Shown here piece by piece: positions 20,123 to 29,261 of a DNA stretch of 64,000 nucleotides (positions are counted from its first letter, which is position 1; each line of letters opens with the position of its first letter). The position numbers and the translations under genes were made by a program. Origin of the DNA: Elusimicrobiota bacterium (GTDB lineage: Bacteria > Elusimicrobiota > Elusimicrobia > F11); the NCBI GenBank assembly GCA_044221725.1, contig JBGAON010000001.1, positions 96,001 to 160,000 on the forward strand, read 5' to 3'. The notes beneath the pieces are model-generated. The model saw nothing but the letters and a program-made list of their open reading frames with translations, had not been told where the DNA came from and did not search any database.

Positions 20123-20469
20123 GATTTCGTCTCCGACAAGGCGACTTCCAAATGGTGCTCAAAAAAGTTCTTTGATTCCGTCACGACAAAACTCTCACCC
20201 GTCGTTTCGTTCACCACCTCGAAATTTTCCTTAATGCCCTCAATCGGCAAATCCGTCTTATTCACAAAGAGCCTCGCTCCGTGCTTGGGGGTCTGACCCA
20301 ACACATTCCGGTCCAGCGCCGTGCCAGCCGGATTGAACCGCGCCTTCACGTTTGTCGCGATCACCTGATGACTGAACACAGGCTTTTTCGTTCCAGCAAC
20401 AAAGGACTGAATAGGCCTTCTGATGGTGATTCGGTCTTTGAGCAACCGATCCGGTATTTTTCGGCTCAC
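20119..20469 (-). CDS. Putative head closure (head-tail adaptor) protein
   Basis: 116 aa, LLKDRITIRR, HHLEV; synteny. Confidence 0.65.
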   Translation of the reverse strand: MSRKIPDRLLKDRITIRRPIQSFVAGTKKPVFSHQVIATNVKARFNPAGTALDRNVLGQTPKHGARLFVNKTDLPIEGIKENFEVVNETTGESFVVTESKNFFEHHLEVALSETKS

Positions 20470-21062
20470 GACGCAAAATCAATGCCCGCGCGAGTGCCCC
20501 ACGCTTCCCAGGCGCGATCCAATTCATCGTTCAGTTTCTTGAAGCTCCGGTTCTGCGAGAAATCTCCAATACTCTCGGAATCAACCAACGCTCCGTTTTT
20601 CGCCGACAGCGCAGTTTTCGCCACGATCAAAGTGGCGATCTTCTCGATCAAGGGCGGGACTTTGTTGTAGCCCGACACGCCCTCGATCACCACATTCTGA
20701 TACCCCTCGGCGAACACGCCGTCCTTAAAAGTAATGCTCCCTGTCCGTTTGTTCACGACGTAGCTCGACGGGCTAAGATCCGCCCCGTCAACCTCGACGC
20801 GACTCACTTCGAGCAATGGGAAGCAACGTGTAAACACTCGAATGAGCGCGTTACCGTCCACCTTGTCCTGAAAATTTATCGGCCGGAAACACATCGCGGT
20901 CCGCCGGTCGATTTCTTCCATCGCTTCTTGAATCCATTCCGACCGAACCTCAAACGGCTGGACTTCACTGTCCGTGACGGCGCTCACCAAATCGGCATTG
21001 GTGTAGGAAAAAGTGGCGGTCGCCGTGACCGTCGCGGACAAAACGGAAACAAGAACAGTCAT
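20466..21062 (-). CDS. Head-tail connector (adaptor) protein
   Basis: IQEAMEEIDR, GYNKVPPLI, SESIGDFS motifs typical of gp6/gp15-like connectors. Confidence 0.75.
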   Translation of the reverse strand: MTVLVSVLSATVTATATFSYTNADLVSAVTDSEVQPFEVRSEWIQEAMEEIDRRTAMCFRPINFQDKVDGNALIRVFTRCFPLLEVSRVEVDGADLSPSSYVVNKRTGSITFKDGVFAEGYQNVVIEGVSGYNKVPPLIEKIATLIVAKTALSAKNGALVDSESIGDFSQNRSFKKLNDELDRAWEAWGTRAGIDFAS

Positions 21063-21379
21063 TTGGATTCCGCCTCGATGCGCTCGTCGTAGGCTTTGAG
21101 TTTTTCCTGAAAGCGGTACTCCAACTCCGACATCGCCTCATCCTTGGCTTTGCGGATAGCGATCAACCGTTCTTCGGACAATTCGCAAACAACGGCAAAT
21201 CGTTCGACGCAGGTAAGCGCCTCGATTAATTTCTGATGATTGTTCTTGAGGTTCTGAACGAACCGGTGGCGTTTGACGGCCGCCGTGGTCAGAGGGGCAT
21301 TCGCGGAATCCGTAAAAACGGACACCTTCGGAATATGGTCTCGGATGCGGTGTTCAATAACCGCCAACTCCCGTTCCAC
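21059..21379 (-). CDS. Hypothetical helical protein
   Basis: 106-aa ORF coupled within head operon. Confidence 0.55.
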   Translation of the reverse strand: MERELAVIEHRIRDHIPKVSVFTDSANAPLTTAAVKRHRFVQNLKNNHQKLIEALTCVERFAVVCELSEERLIAIRKAKDEAMSELEYRFQEKLKAYDERIEAESK

Positions 21380-21385
21380 AAAGGA

Positions 21386-22717
21386 TTACCTTCCACCGGA
21401 GCCGTCACCTACACCCGTGGTTTTCGATGCGGTGGTATCCGCCGCCGGAACGTTCGATGTGCCATCCGACCATGACGTGACGGTGTCCTCGGTTTCCAAT
21501 TTGTAGGCGAAGGTTTGACCGTTTTGCGGGAAAGCCACTTCATTGTCCGGTCTGCGGTTCACAAGATTCCCCGCGCTGTCGTCAAACGAGATTCGGCCTG
21601 TTCCTTTGGGAATCAGCGTTGAATTCACTTTGAGCGCGGACCCTGCGTTGAACACCGCGCCCGCCGAACGGAAGATGTTGTAGCCATTGGCGTTGGGGTC
21701 GGACACCGCATCCCACGACACCACCACTTTGTTGGATGACACTTCCGTGGCGAGATTCTGGCTGACCGACGAGATCAATTCCACGAACACGAGGTGGAGA
21801 TTCTCGGTCATAACTTCGCTCGACAGATTGGAGGCGTTTCCTTGAGAATCCACTGCGAACAGGAAATAGGTGAAGTCTTTTCCGTTATCGGTGTCGACGA
21901 GCGATTGATCTTGGAATGAAGTGGAGGCCGACGAAATCGCGTCGTTCACGGTCACTACGCCAGAAGCCGCGAGGACATTTATTCTCGTGGGAACGGAAAC
22001 AGAGGCGTTGCCCGGCACCCGGTAAAGCTCGTAATGATCCAAATCCTGCAGGGTGGTTTCGTACTTGATCACGATGCGGTTGCCGGCTGTGAATCCGCCG
22101 GTCAATTCGGTGATGACGCCGGTGGGCAAATCAATCGTGTAATGAGTCGCTTCCGTTTTCGAGGCAAGCGTGACTTCTTTAACCACGGAACCGGAAGCGT
22201 GGGAAAAGAAAGGTCCGTTCTTCAAAACTATTTCGCCCGTTCCAGCGTTCACGGATTTCACTTCCGCATACTCTTCTTTGCCGGTGATGCCGTCCTCGAT
22301 CACGATTACGGCGTCCGTCACAATATCCACAGGAACAGGAGTAACAACGTTAATGACGCGCTGACCATGAACCGCACTGGCGGAGAGAGTGGTTTGCAAA
22401 CCGGAGACGGCTGTTCGTTCATAGACGGTAAACGATCCCGCTACGATGGGATCAAATTGGATTTCATGAACCGCACCGTTGGTGCCTTCGGCAAAGTCAG
22501 GCGTGTTGTCAGGGTTCTTGAGAAGTTCACCACCGATGATTTCGTTCCGCGTCGGGGCCGTCCAGTTCAAGGTGATGCGCGTTTTGCCTTTCGGCGTCGG
22601 TCCATCAACGAATTGCAGGGCTTGGATAAGGCCCAAGATGGGCGGCTTCGGGGCGAGAATGTCTGCCGCGAGATTTCCTAGAACTTGCTGTGAAAGTAGT
22701 GACTCAAGAATGGCCAT
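21386..22717 (-). CDS. Fibronectin type III-containing virion protein
   Basis: ITLNWTAP..YELYR..FTYFLFAVDSQGNAS and VVSWDAV..GYNIFRS FN3 motifs. Confidence 0.7.
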   Translation of the reverse strand: MAILESLLSQQVLGNLAADILAPKPPILGLIQALQFVDGPTPKGKTRITLNWTAPTRNEIIGGELLKNPDNTPDFAEGTNGAVHEIQFDPIVAGSFTVYERTAVSGLQTTLSASAVHGQRVINVVTPVPVDIVTDAVIVIEDGITGKEEYAEVKSVNAGTGEIVLKNGPFFSHASGSVVKEVTLASKTEATHYTIDLPTGVITELTGGFTAGNRIVIKYETTLQDLDHYELYRVPGNASVSVPTRINVLAASGVVTVNDAISSASTSFQDQSLVDTDNGKDFTYFLFAVDSQGNASNLSSEVMTENLHLVFVELISSVSQNLATEVSSNKVVVSWDAVSDPNANGYNIFRSAGAVFNAGSALKVNSTLIPKGTGRISFDDSAGNLVNRRPDNEVAFPQNGQTFAYKLETEDTVTSWSDGTSNVPAADTTASKTTGVGDGSGGR

Positions 22718-22735
22718 GAAAGTTTCCTCCCGAAA

Positions 22736-24427
22736 TTAGGTGTTGTTCGCAATCTGATTGGTGCCGGTTCCACTGTTGTTGGTAACGACGACCAAACTAT
22801 TCCCGATAACGACGGCGCTATTTGCATTAAGTTCAAGCAGGATCGTCGAGCCATTGCTCACGTTGGCGACGACAGAACATGCAGTTGAGCCTGACCCGAC
22901 AATGACCGCATTCTTTCCAGATCCCAGCGAAATCATGTTGCCGACTGCCGCTTTTTGAGATGTTGAGAGCCGGATACCGGCGCCAGACATGGAACCGAAA
23001 CTCAACACGAGGCGGCAATTCATGACTCGTCCTGGCTGTTGCATGAAATCGTTGACGTTTCCATTGTTCTGGGCTTCGGTTAATTCGCAACTGTCAATGA
23101 GCTCACCGCCCTGCACCATCGCGGTACTCAACCCATTGCCATTATTCATGATGATGCAATTCCGCATCTGCCCGCCCGTTGACAGGAAGATCCAAGAGCC
23201 AGAAGCTTTGTTGCGGACGAATTGGCAGTTCTCGATAAGACCGTTGGTTCCGCCAAAAGAGATCCCAACAAACGGACTGCCGCCGGCACGACCGGGTTGG
23301 TTTTCGTCAATCTTGAGATCGCGGAGTCCTTGGTTGTTGCCGGAAACGGCAATCGTATTGACCGCTCCCATCGCGGCGTCGCAAAGGATGGTGGTCGCGT
23401 CGCGACCTTGGCCTTGCAAGGTAACTTTGTTGGGAATAGTTAACGTGGCGTTGATGAGGTAGCTGCCTTCTCGAAGCTGAACGATACCGCCGCCAGCGGT
23501 GCCGGCCGCGGCCAAGGCAGCCTGAATATTTGCGGTGTCGGTGGCCGCAACGCCGGTCGGCGCTGCGACGACTTGGGTTTGATAACCGGTCACGCCACCG
23601 CCTGTGGCCGCAATCACGACTTTGTTATTGGGGCCGTCCTGGGTGAGGGAGATATTGGCACCGGCCTCGAGCTTCACGTCACCGGTTAAAGGAGCAACTT
23701 CGCCCAGCTTTCGGACACCCGTCACTCCCGCGTTGGCGATATTGATTTTGTTGTTGGGATCATCTTGCGTAAGAGCAATCCCAGTGCCCTCTTCCAGAGA
23801 AACATTTCCAGTCAACGAGGTCCCAGCGCCGGTTTTCTTGAGCGAGGTCACACCGCCACCACCCACTGTGCTGACAGTGACGTCACCAGTTCCATCCGCT
23901 GGATTCACATTAATGCCCGATCCCGCAATGATTTTTCGGACGGAAGTACGGGCCGCATTGGTTGTGGGAACCGGAATTAAATTGTTGGTGGCTGTGTTCC
24001 CAGTGTCCGTGTGGTTGAGAGTGGACTCTCCCGTCACTTCTACGAGGAATTTTTCCTGCCCGGTCGCGGTGGATTTATAAATCCGGTAGCCGCTTGCTCC
24101 TTTCACGATTTCCCATTGAAGGATCACTGGAAGCGGTGTCACTGGTTGGCTCACCTGCGCTTCAAGCGTAGTGGGAATCTTATTTTCGGTGGTTTCTCCA
24201 GCGGCGTTGATCGCGGTGACCTTGTAGAAATAAATGGTGTTACCGAGAAGTTCGGCTCCGACACCGCCGGAACCGAGCGTGGCAAGAAGCGTTCGCGGTG
24301 GTCGTAGCGTTCCTTGCTGAGAATGCGCGTCGACCAAATCCAGATTGGCATTATGACCCGCTCCCCAATTGAGGTCGCCGGTATCGCGTTTGGTTAATTT
24401 CAGTTTGTCTGTGAATGTCTCAGCCAT
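22736..24427 (-). CDS. Fibre/spike protein: FN3-like domain, 42-aa shaft repeats, pectin-lyase-like beta-helix
   Basis: YFYKVTAIN/GYRIYKS; tandem GVT..LTG.V.LE.G..I.LTQD.PNNK; DTANIQAAL..GIVQLREGSYLI..VTLQGQG beta-helix cap. Confidence 0.75.
   Translation of the reverse strand: MAETFTDKLKLTKRDTGDLNWGAGHNANLDLVDAHSQQGTLRPPRTLLATLGSGGVGAELLGNTIYFYKVTAINAAGETTENKIPTTLEAQVSQPVTPLPVILQWEIVKGASGYRIYKSTATGQEKFLVEVTGESTLNHTDTGNTATNNLIPVPTTNAARTSVRKIIAGSGINVNPADGTGDVTVSTVGGGGVTSLKKTGAGTSLTGNVSLEEGTGIALTQDDPNNKINIANAGVTGVRKLGEVAPLTGDVKLEAGANISLTQDGPNNKVVIAATGGGVTGYQTQVVAAPTGVAATDTANIQAALAAAGTAGGGIVQLREGSYLINATLTIPNKVTLQGQGRDATTILCDAAMGAVNTIAVSGNNQGLRDLKIDENQPGRAGGSPFVGISFGGTNGLIENCQFVRNKASGSWIFLSTGGQMRNCIIMNNGNGLSTAMVQGGELIDSCELTEAQNNGNVNDFMQQPGRVMNCRLVLSFGSMSGAGIRLSTSQKAAVGNMISLGSGKNAVIVGSGSTACSVVANVSNGSTILLELNANSAVVIGNSLVVVTNNSGTGTNQIANNT
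23603..23854 (-). repeat. Two tandem 126-nt (42-aa) coding repeats in fibre shaft
   Basis: Units start at 23854 (GVTSLKK) and 23728 (GVTGVRK). Confidence 0.8.
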
Positions 24428-24436
24428 AAATTTTCC

Positions 24437-24856
24437 TTAGAGGCCATAGGCCTCGCCAAATGGCGCATTTCCAAAACCGAGCAACGGAGATCCGAAAGGC
24501 CGCTGACTAAACGGTGGAAAACTAAACCCCGTGGTGTCGGGATTCCCATAAGGCGCTTCGCCAAATGGACTTTCTCCCGCACCGCCTTCCTCCACCGCGA
24601 CGATGACGTAGTATCGATTGGGCCCTGCTTGCGGATCCGTATCATCGAATTGGAAAGCTCCCGCACCCAGCTGACCTTCGTCCGCAATTTTCTGACCCAG
24701 TTCATCCTTGTTCTCGGAGCGGTAAACCCGAAAACCCAACAACCGGTGACCGTCTTTCACGCTCACCGGATAGTCGGCCCAATTGAGCCTCACGAATCCA
24801 GGTGATCCTTGTGAGACTCTGAAGTTCGGAACAATCGGAAGAGGAAATACAGGCAT
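24437..24856 (-). CDS. Small FN3-like virion protein with C-terminal PFG repeats
   Basis: Start reassigned to MPVFPL; VRLNW..GFRVYRS..YYVIVAV; PFGEAPYG/PFG repeats. Confidence 0.65.
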   Translation of the reverse strand: MPVFPLPIVPNFRVSQGSPGFVRLNWADYPVSVKDGHRLLGFRVYRSENKDELGQKIADEGQLGAGAFQFDDTDPQAGPNRYYVIVAVEEGGAGESPFGEAPYGNPDTTGFSFPPFSQRPFGSPLLGFGNAPFGEAYGL

Positions 24857-24866
24857 AGGAGCTCCA

Positions 24867-25124
24867 TCATCTCCTGTGTTTCTTTTTGGGTTTCGGTGCT
24901 CTTGGGACCGGCTCCATGTGATTGGATCCATTAAGACTTGGGGCCAACTCTGCTTCTTCGGTTTCCATTTCCTCGTAACCGTTCTTAAGAAGATAATCCC
25001 GCGTGGTGTCATGCTCCACATGGCAGAGGCCGTTCACAATCTTGACCTCCTCCGAGTAGGCGTGCTCCCACAAGGGAGATTCCTCGGTCCCAAACGGTGG
25101 GCGTTTCTTTCGAAGATGAAACAC
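24867..25124 (-). CDS. Small hypothetical head-module protein
   Basis: GGAGG RBS, GTG start directly after capsid gene. Confidence 0.55.
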   Translation of the reverse strand: MFHLRKKRPPFGTEESPLWEHAYSEEVKIVNGLCHVEHDTTRDYLLKNGYEEMETEEAELAPSLNGSNHMEPVPRAPKPKKKHRR

Positions 25125-25134
25125 GCCGCCTCCG

Positions 25135-26037
25135 TTACAGGGTGACGCCGGCCAAACGGGAAACCTTGATGTCGTTGCCCAGAACCAGCGTCAAGTCTTC
25201 GAACACGTCGAACTCACTGTACTGGGATGATTTCTGCGCAAGCCGAACCATCTTGAGCGGGGTCAGTTCGCCCACCCATACCGCGCTCGTGTCCAACACA
25301 AAAATGTCGGAGCAAACGTTGGACGTGCCTTGGGTCTGCGTGTCCGAAACGAAAATACTTCGGAAGATCGGAATCCCGTTGTAAACCTGAACCCGGAATC
25401 CGCCATTCACTTCCATCGTGTCCACGAATCGCTGTTGGGCCTGCAGAAGACCGTTCAATTTTCGGTTCGCTTTCTTCGACATGATCAGCATGCCAGGATT
25501 GCCGCGATTCAAATCAATCGCCGAATCCAACAGATCAAGCGTGAGAGGAGCGCCGTTGGCACCGGCCACAAGCACCTGTCCAGCGGGCGTGAGTTTCCTC
25601 AACCCGTCGAACTGCTTCGGGTTCACAGCCGAGTCACCGTTGATGAGTGCGTTCTCTTCCGTGTCACGAACCACTTGAAGCGCGCTTTCGATTTCCTCAG
25701 CTTCGATGTCGAGCAGAGTTTTTCCGACCGCCTGCAACTTCCGCGTCGCCTTACCCCGCTGAATGATTGTCTTGTAGGTGAACTTTTTCTGCAGGTAGGT
25801 GGACTGCGTGTCTGTCGGCTCTTCCGTGTCGTCCACAAAGCCGCCCGTGCCGCGCGCTGTCCGTTGGTTTAAGATCCAATCGGATCCAGACCCAGGTTTT
25901 CTCGGCAGGTTCTGCCGGAGTGGGTTGTTGACCTCGATCAATTCCTGAAGCACCCGGTCAACCAACGGCTGTTGCAGGGTGTTTCCGGCGTTCGCGATGT
26001 TCAGCGCTTTTTTCAACTGCTCTAAATCATTTGTCAT
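25135..26037 (-). CDS. Major capsid protein (HK97 fold)
   Basis: 300 aa after protease; EENALINGD..QFDGL, YNGIPI motifs; AAGGAGG RBS. Confidence 0.9.
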   Translation of the reverse strand: MTNDLEQLKKALNIANAGNTLQQPLVDRVLQELIEVNNPLRQNLPRKPGSGSDWILNQRTARGTGGFVDDTEEPTDTQSTYLQKKFTYKTIIQRGKATRKLQAVGKTLLDIEAEEIESALQVVRDTEENALINGDSAVNPKQFDGLRKLTPAGQVLVAGANGAPLTLDLLDSAIDLNRGNPGMLIMSKKANRKLNGLLQAQQRFVDTMEVNGGFRVQVYNGIPIFRSIFVSDTQTQGTSNVCSDIFVLDTSAVWVGELTPLKMVRLAQKSSQYSEFDVFEDLTLVLGNDIKVSRLAGVTL

Positions 26038-26051
26038 GACGTGTGCCCTCC

Positions 26052-27167
26052 TTAGGCTTGCTGAAGGGCGAGCGCCACTTTCAGCTTCTTCTGGGGCGGC
26101 AAACCCTCAAATGTTTTTTTGAGCTCATCGCCTTGCGGCTCCTGATCAACCAATCCCTTTCGAATGGCCGGGATCTGTTTGAGCATCGGCTCAATTTGTT
26201 TCTTCACTTCGCTGGAAATCATCTCCGCCATCTCTTCTTTGCTGACGGATTTCGGAACTGCGGCCGAGGCGGGCGGCGTCCACTGTTCACCGATCGCTTG
26301 TTTCAGCATGGCCTTGATCTGGATCGCGGTTGGTCCGATCTCGCCGCCCATCGCAATCAAGCGGTCAAGCATCATCCACACAGGTTCAAGCGAGAGGCCT
26401 CCGGCCGAAGGGCCGTTGGCTTTTTTCGTTTCCTTTTCTTTTTTTGGTTTGCTGTCCTTCCCTGCAACTTTTTCGGGCGGCTGATCCTGCGGAGCGGGGG
26501 TTTCTTGGGGCTGGGGTTCCGGTTTGGGATCCGCTGGTTTTTCTTCTGGGACTGGAGCATCAGCGGGTTTTTCGTCGTCCGGCTTGATCTCCTCAATAAT
26601 GGTTTCTTCTTGAGACATGGTGTCTCCTCCTTGGGTCGATGACCCGTTCTGGGAATCGATTTCATCGAGCGCTTTCTGGACGTACCATCCAATGGCGCGG
26701 GCTTCGGGATTGGCAGGCACGGACACAAGCGACACTTCCACGAGCGCCATGCGCTTGATGACGTTCACCACTCGGTCCAAGTCCGGCATGTATTTCTTCT
26801 CACGCTCCAGCACCTGGCCTCGAATGGAAAATTTGTTGAGAACGCCCTCTTTGATTTTCTGAATGATTTCGGGTTCGGTTTGGGAAATGAGGACATCGAT
26901 AAGGAGGCCGTTTTTGTCGAACTCGGCTTTGGTCACTTTGCCGATGGGAATCTTGATGTCGTGGTTTAAGAGGACGGTGGAATTTTTGACGAGGTCGAGC
27001 TGGGAGGCCCGCAGAGCATCTTCGGAGATGATGTCGCCCTGCAGGTCAAAATCCGAGGTGGCGGCGTACCCGACAATATGGAACTCGCCTTCGGTTTCCG
27101 CTTGTTTGGTGATCTCCAGCGGAAAATCGAATGAGATTTTCTCCAGTGTTGCCGTTTCCTGTTCCAT
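26052..27167 (-). CDS. HK97-type prohead protease fused to scaffold domain
   Basis: IVGYAAT..DLQGDII, LLNHD..PIGK, FSIRG, LVEVSLVSVPANPEA; GGAGG RBS before ATG 27167. Confidence 0.9.
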   Translation of the reverse strand: MEQETATLEKISFDFPLEITKQAETEGEFHIVGYAATSDFDLQGDIISEDALRASQLDLVKNSTVLLNHDIKIPIGKVTKAEFDKNGLLIDVLISQTEPEIIQKIKEGVLNKFSIRGQVLEREKKYMPDLDRVVNVIKRMALVEVSLVSVPANPEARAIGWYVQKALDEIDSQNGSSTQGGDTMSQEETIIEEIKPDDEKPADAPVPEEKPADPKPEPQPQETPAPQDQPPEKVAGKDSKPKKEKETKKANGPSAGGLSLEPVWMMLDRLIAMGGEIGPTAIQIKAMLKQAIGEQWTPPASAAVPKSVSKEEMAEMISSEVKKQIEPMLKQIPAIRKGLVDQEPQGDELKKTFEGLPPQKKLKVALALQQA

Positions 27168-27195
27168 GATCCTCCGGGCTTCCGCCCACACACAT

Positions 27196-27266
27196 AAAAA
27201 AAGGCGCTGTCATCTGAAGGTCCCGAAAGACCCACAGACAACAGCGCCTCGACTCAGCTCGACAGC
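27196..27266 (-). terminator. Long-stem intrinsic terminator with overlapping alternative hairpin (element B)
   Basis: Minus strand GGCGCTGT...ACAGCGCC stem with TTCG-capped top, then T7; 5' GCT-GT-CGA-GCTGAG-TCG-A-GGC overlaps the stem base. Confidence 0.75.
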
Positions 27267-27274
27267 GCGCTACG

Positions 27275-27466
27275 TTATGCTTCGATCAATTTTTTCACGC
27301 CTTCTTCCACCAGCGTCTCATGCCGTTTGATGCGGATGATGTGTCCATTTTCAAAATGCGTTTCCACAACTCCGAAGAACTTTTCGTCCTTGAGCTTCCT
27401 GCAGAACGCCTGATAAACCGCATCCGTGACTGCCGATTTCGCATCCATGCCATTATTCTGGATCAT
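27275..27466 (-). CDS. Small DUF2292/YezD-like protein
   Basis: Helix followed by KFFGVVETHFENGHIIRIKRHET; stop 8 nt before element B; family call by eye. Confidence 0.6.
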   Translation of the reverse strand: MIQNNGMDAKSAVTDAVYQAFCRKLKDEKFFGVVETHFENGHIIRIKRHETLVEEGVKKLIEA

Positions 27467-27541
27467 CAATCTATGATTCGTCCATCAACTTTCATTGTGT
27501 TTATTTTTCTGACGAGGAGGGGAGATAGCTCATCGAAATAA

Positions 27542-29257
27542 TTATGAAGACATCTTCTCGACGTAGGTTTCTGACTCCTTGACCGGATAATTTGACACCA
27601 GCAACTCAAATTTATTCCGGTGTCCCAATTGATTCGCGCCCGTCCAAAGGGTTTTCACGCGGTAGGTTTTGAATCCTTTGAATAGGTTCTTTTTCTCCAG
27701 CTCGTAACTCAACAAAAACCGGCCTTTGATGGATTTGAGAACCGGTAACATATCCTCTTCCTTGAAAAACTTTGATCCGACTCCGCCCGTTTCTTTCGGC
27801 CAGTGAAGAGGATACGGCGGATCGAGATAGAAAAAGGCGTCCTTGGAATCGAATTCCTTTATCACGTCTTTCCAATCTTTGTTTATGAGTTTCACGCCGC
27901 GAAGCCGTTCTTTAATTTGCGGAAGCCGCTTCACCAGTTGGATCTCGTATCCCTCGCCTTTCTCTCCGGTTCGCATGCCTTCTATCCGGTCGGTGCGGCC
28001 CCAGTAATTGGCTTTGTTCAGGTAAGCGATCCGGTAAAACCGCTCGCGTGGGGACGATGGCTCGCGGTCGAACACTTTTTTAACGTGGGTACGGGAGATT
28101 GTCCAATACTGCTTCTCCAGCCATTTCTGATCCTCTTCATCCATATGCTTGATGAAGCGATACGCGAAAATGAGATCCGGGTTCACGTCGTTTAAGATTT
28201 CTTCGTTCGACCGTTTCTTATGGAAGAATACCTGGGCACCGCCACAAAAGCCTTCCACGAATGTCTTGTGTTCGGGAATCATGGGGACGAGTTTCTTGCA
28301 GAGGCGAAACTTTCCCCCAGGGCTTTTGAACGCACCTTGAATTTTCTCAACGCCATCATGCCCCTCCAAATGCGGAAAAAGAAGCGGGACGCCTTCTTCC
28401 ATACCTTCTGGTTTGGCGTCCAACTCCTTGTCGATGTAGAGGTGCTTTTTCTCGAGCGGATGTTTTGAAACAAGAAGCTCCGTCACCCACTCCTGATTGC
28501 CACCGGGCCCGCGCATTTGGTTGCGGCGCTTCACGCGATAAACGTTCATCCCTTTGAACGCGTTGGCTCGGTCACCGGTGTAGGACACGATCCAATCACC
28601 TCGAAGGGTTTTCAATTTCTTGATGAACTTCTGTTCTTCAAAACCGAAATCAAAAAGATTGAATGTGCCCGGGTACGGCGGGTCGATGTAGAAGAACGTG
28701 TCCTCCCCGTCATATTTCTTAAGCACCTCGGAATAATCCTTGTTGTGAACAACAACGTTTTTAATCCGCTGTTGGGAGCGGGTGATGTTGTTCTCGAAAT
28801 CAATGATCACGCCTGCGTTGGCCGGATTAAAGGAACCGCCCCGCATCTTCCCGTAGGAGGAGCGTGTCAAATAATAGGCCTTGTAGAACCGGTCCATCTC
28901 GGTGACCGGCTTCATCTTTTTCAACCGCTCGTGCGTTTCTTTGTTGATTTCCCAGTTCCGTTTGGCGAGAGCGGCGCGATCTTCCTTCGTGTGGTCGCGG
29001 ATAAACCGGTACATGAAGGCGATTTCGGAGTCGCGGTCGTTGATGATTTCTTGCGGTGACGGATCTTTGGCGAAAAGAACCGCCGCACCACCAGCAAACG
29101 GTTCAACGTAAGTTTTGTGATAAGGAATGTATGCGGCGATCTTGTGCGCGAGTGCACGCTTGCCGCCGTAGGAGCCGAAGGCTTGCCGAACTCCTTTTTC
29201 TAAATCTGATTCTCCGCTCACCGGCTGATCAGCCGGTGAAATTTCTGTTGGTTCCAT
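27542..29257 (-). CDS. Tandem two-domain Dam-family (D12 class) N6-adenine DNA methyltransferase
   Basis: Domain 1 YGGK/YVEPFAGG/IND/YIDPPY; domain 2 PGGK/FVEGFCGG/LND/YLDPPY. Confidence 0.9.
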   Translation of the reverse strand: MEPTEISPADQPVSGESDLEKGVRQAFGSYGGKRALAHKIAAYIPYHKTYVEPFAGGAAVLFAKDPSPQEIINDRDSEIAFMYRFIRDHTKEDRAALAKRNWEINKETHERLKKMKPVTEMDRFYKAYYLTRSSYGKMRGGSFNPANAGVIIDFENNITRSQQRIKNVVVHNKDYSEVLKKYDGEDTFFYIDPPYPGTFNLFDFGFEEQKFIKKLKTLRGDWIVSYTGDRANAFKGMNVYRVKRRNQMRGPGGNQEWVTELLVSKHPLEKKHLYIDKELDAKPEGMEEGVPLLFPHLEGHDGVEKIQGAFKSPGGKFRLCKKLVPMIPEHKTFVEGFCGGAQVFFHKKRSNEEILNDVNPDLIFAYRFIKHMDEEDQKWLEKQYWTISRTHVKKVFDREPSSPRERFYRIAYLNKANYWGRTDRIEGMRTGEKGEGYEIQLVKRLPQIKERLRGVKLINKDWKDVIKEFDSKDAFFYLDPPYPLHWPKETGGVGSKFFKEEDMLPVLKSIKGRFLLSYELEKKNLFKGFKTYRVKTLWTGANQLGHRNKFELLVSNYPVKESETYVEKMSS

Positions 29258-29261
29258 GTTC

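Noticed and set aside
22736..23200. Asn-rich fibre tip as a diversity-generating retroelement target
   Set aside because: No reverse transcriptase and no template/variable repeat pair seen; Asn ladders are normal in beta-helices
27542..29257. Restriction-modification system
   Set aside because: No adjacent endonuclease; orphan methyltransferase within the head operon
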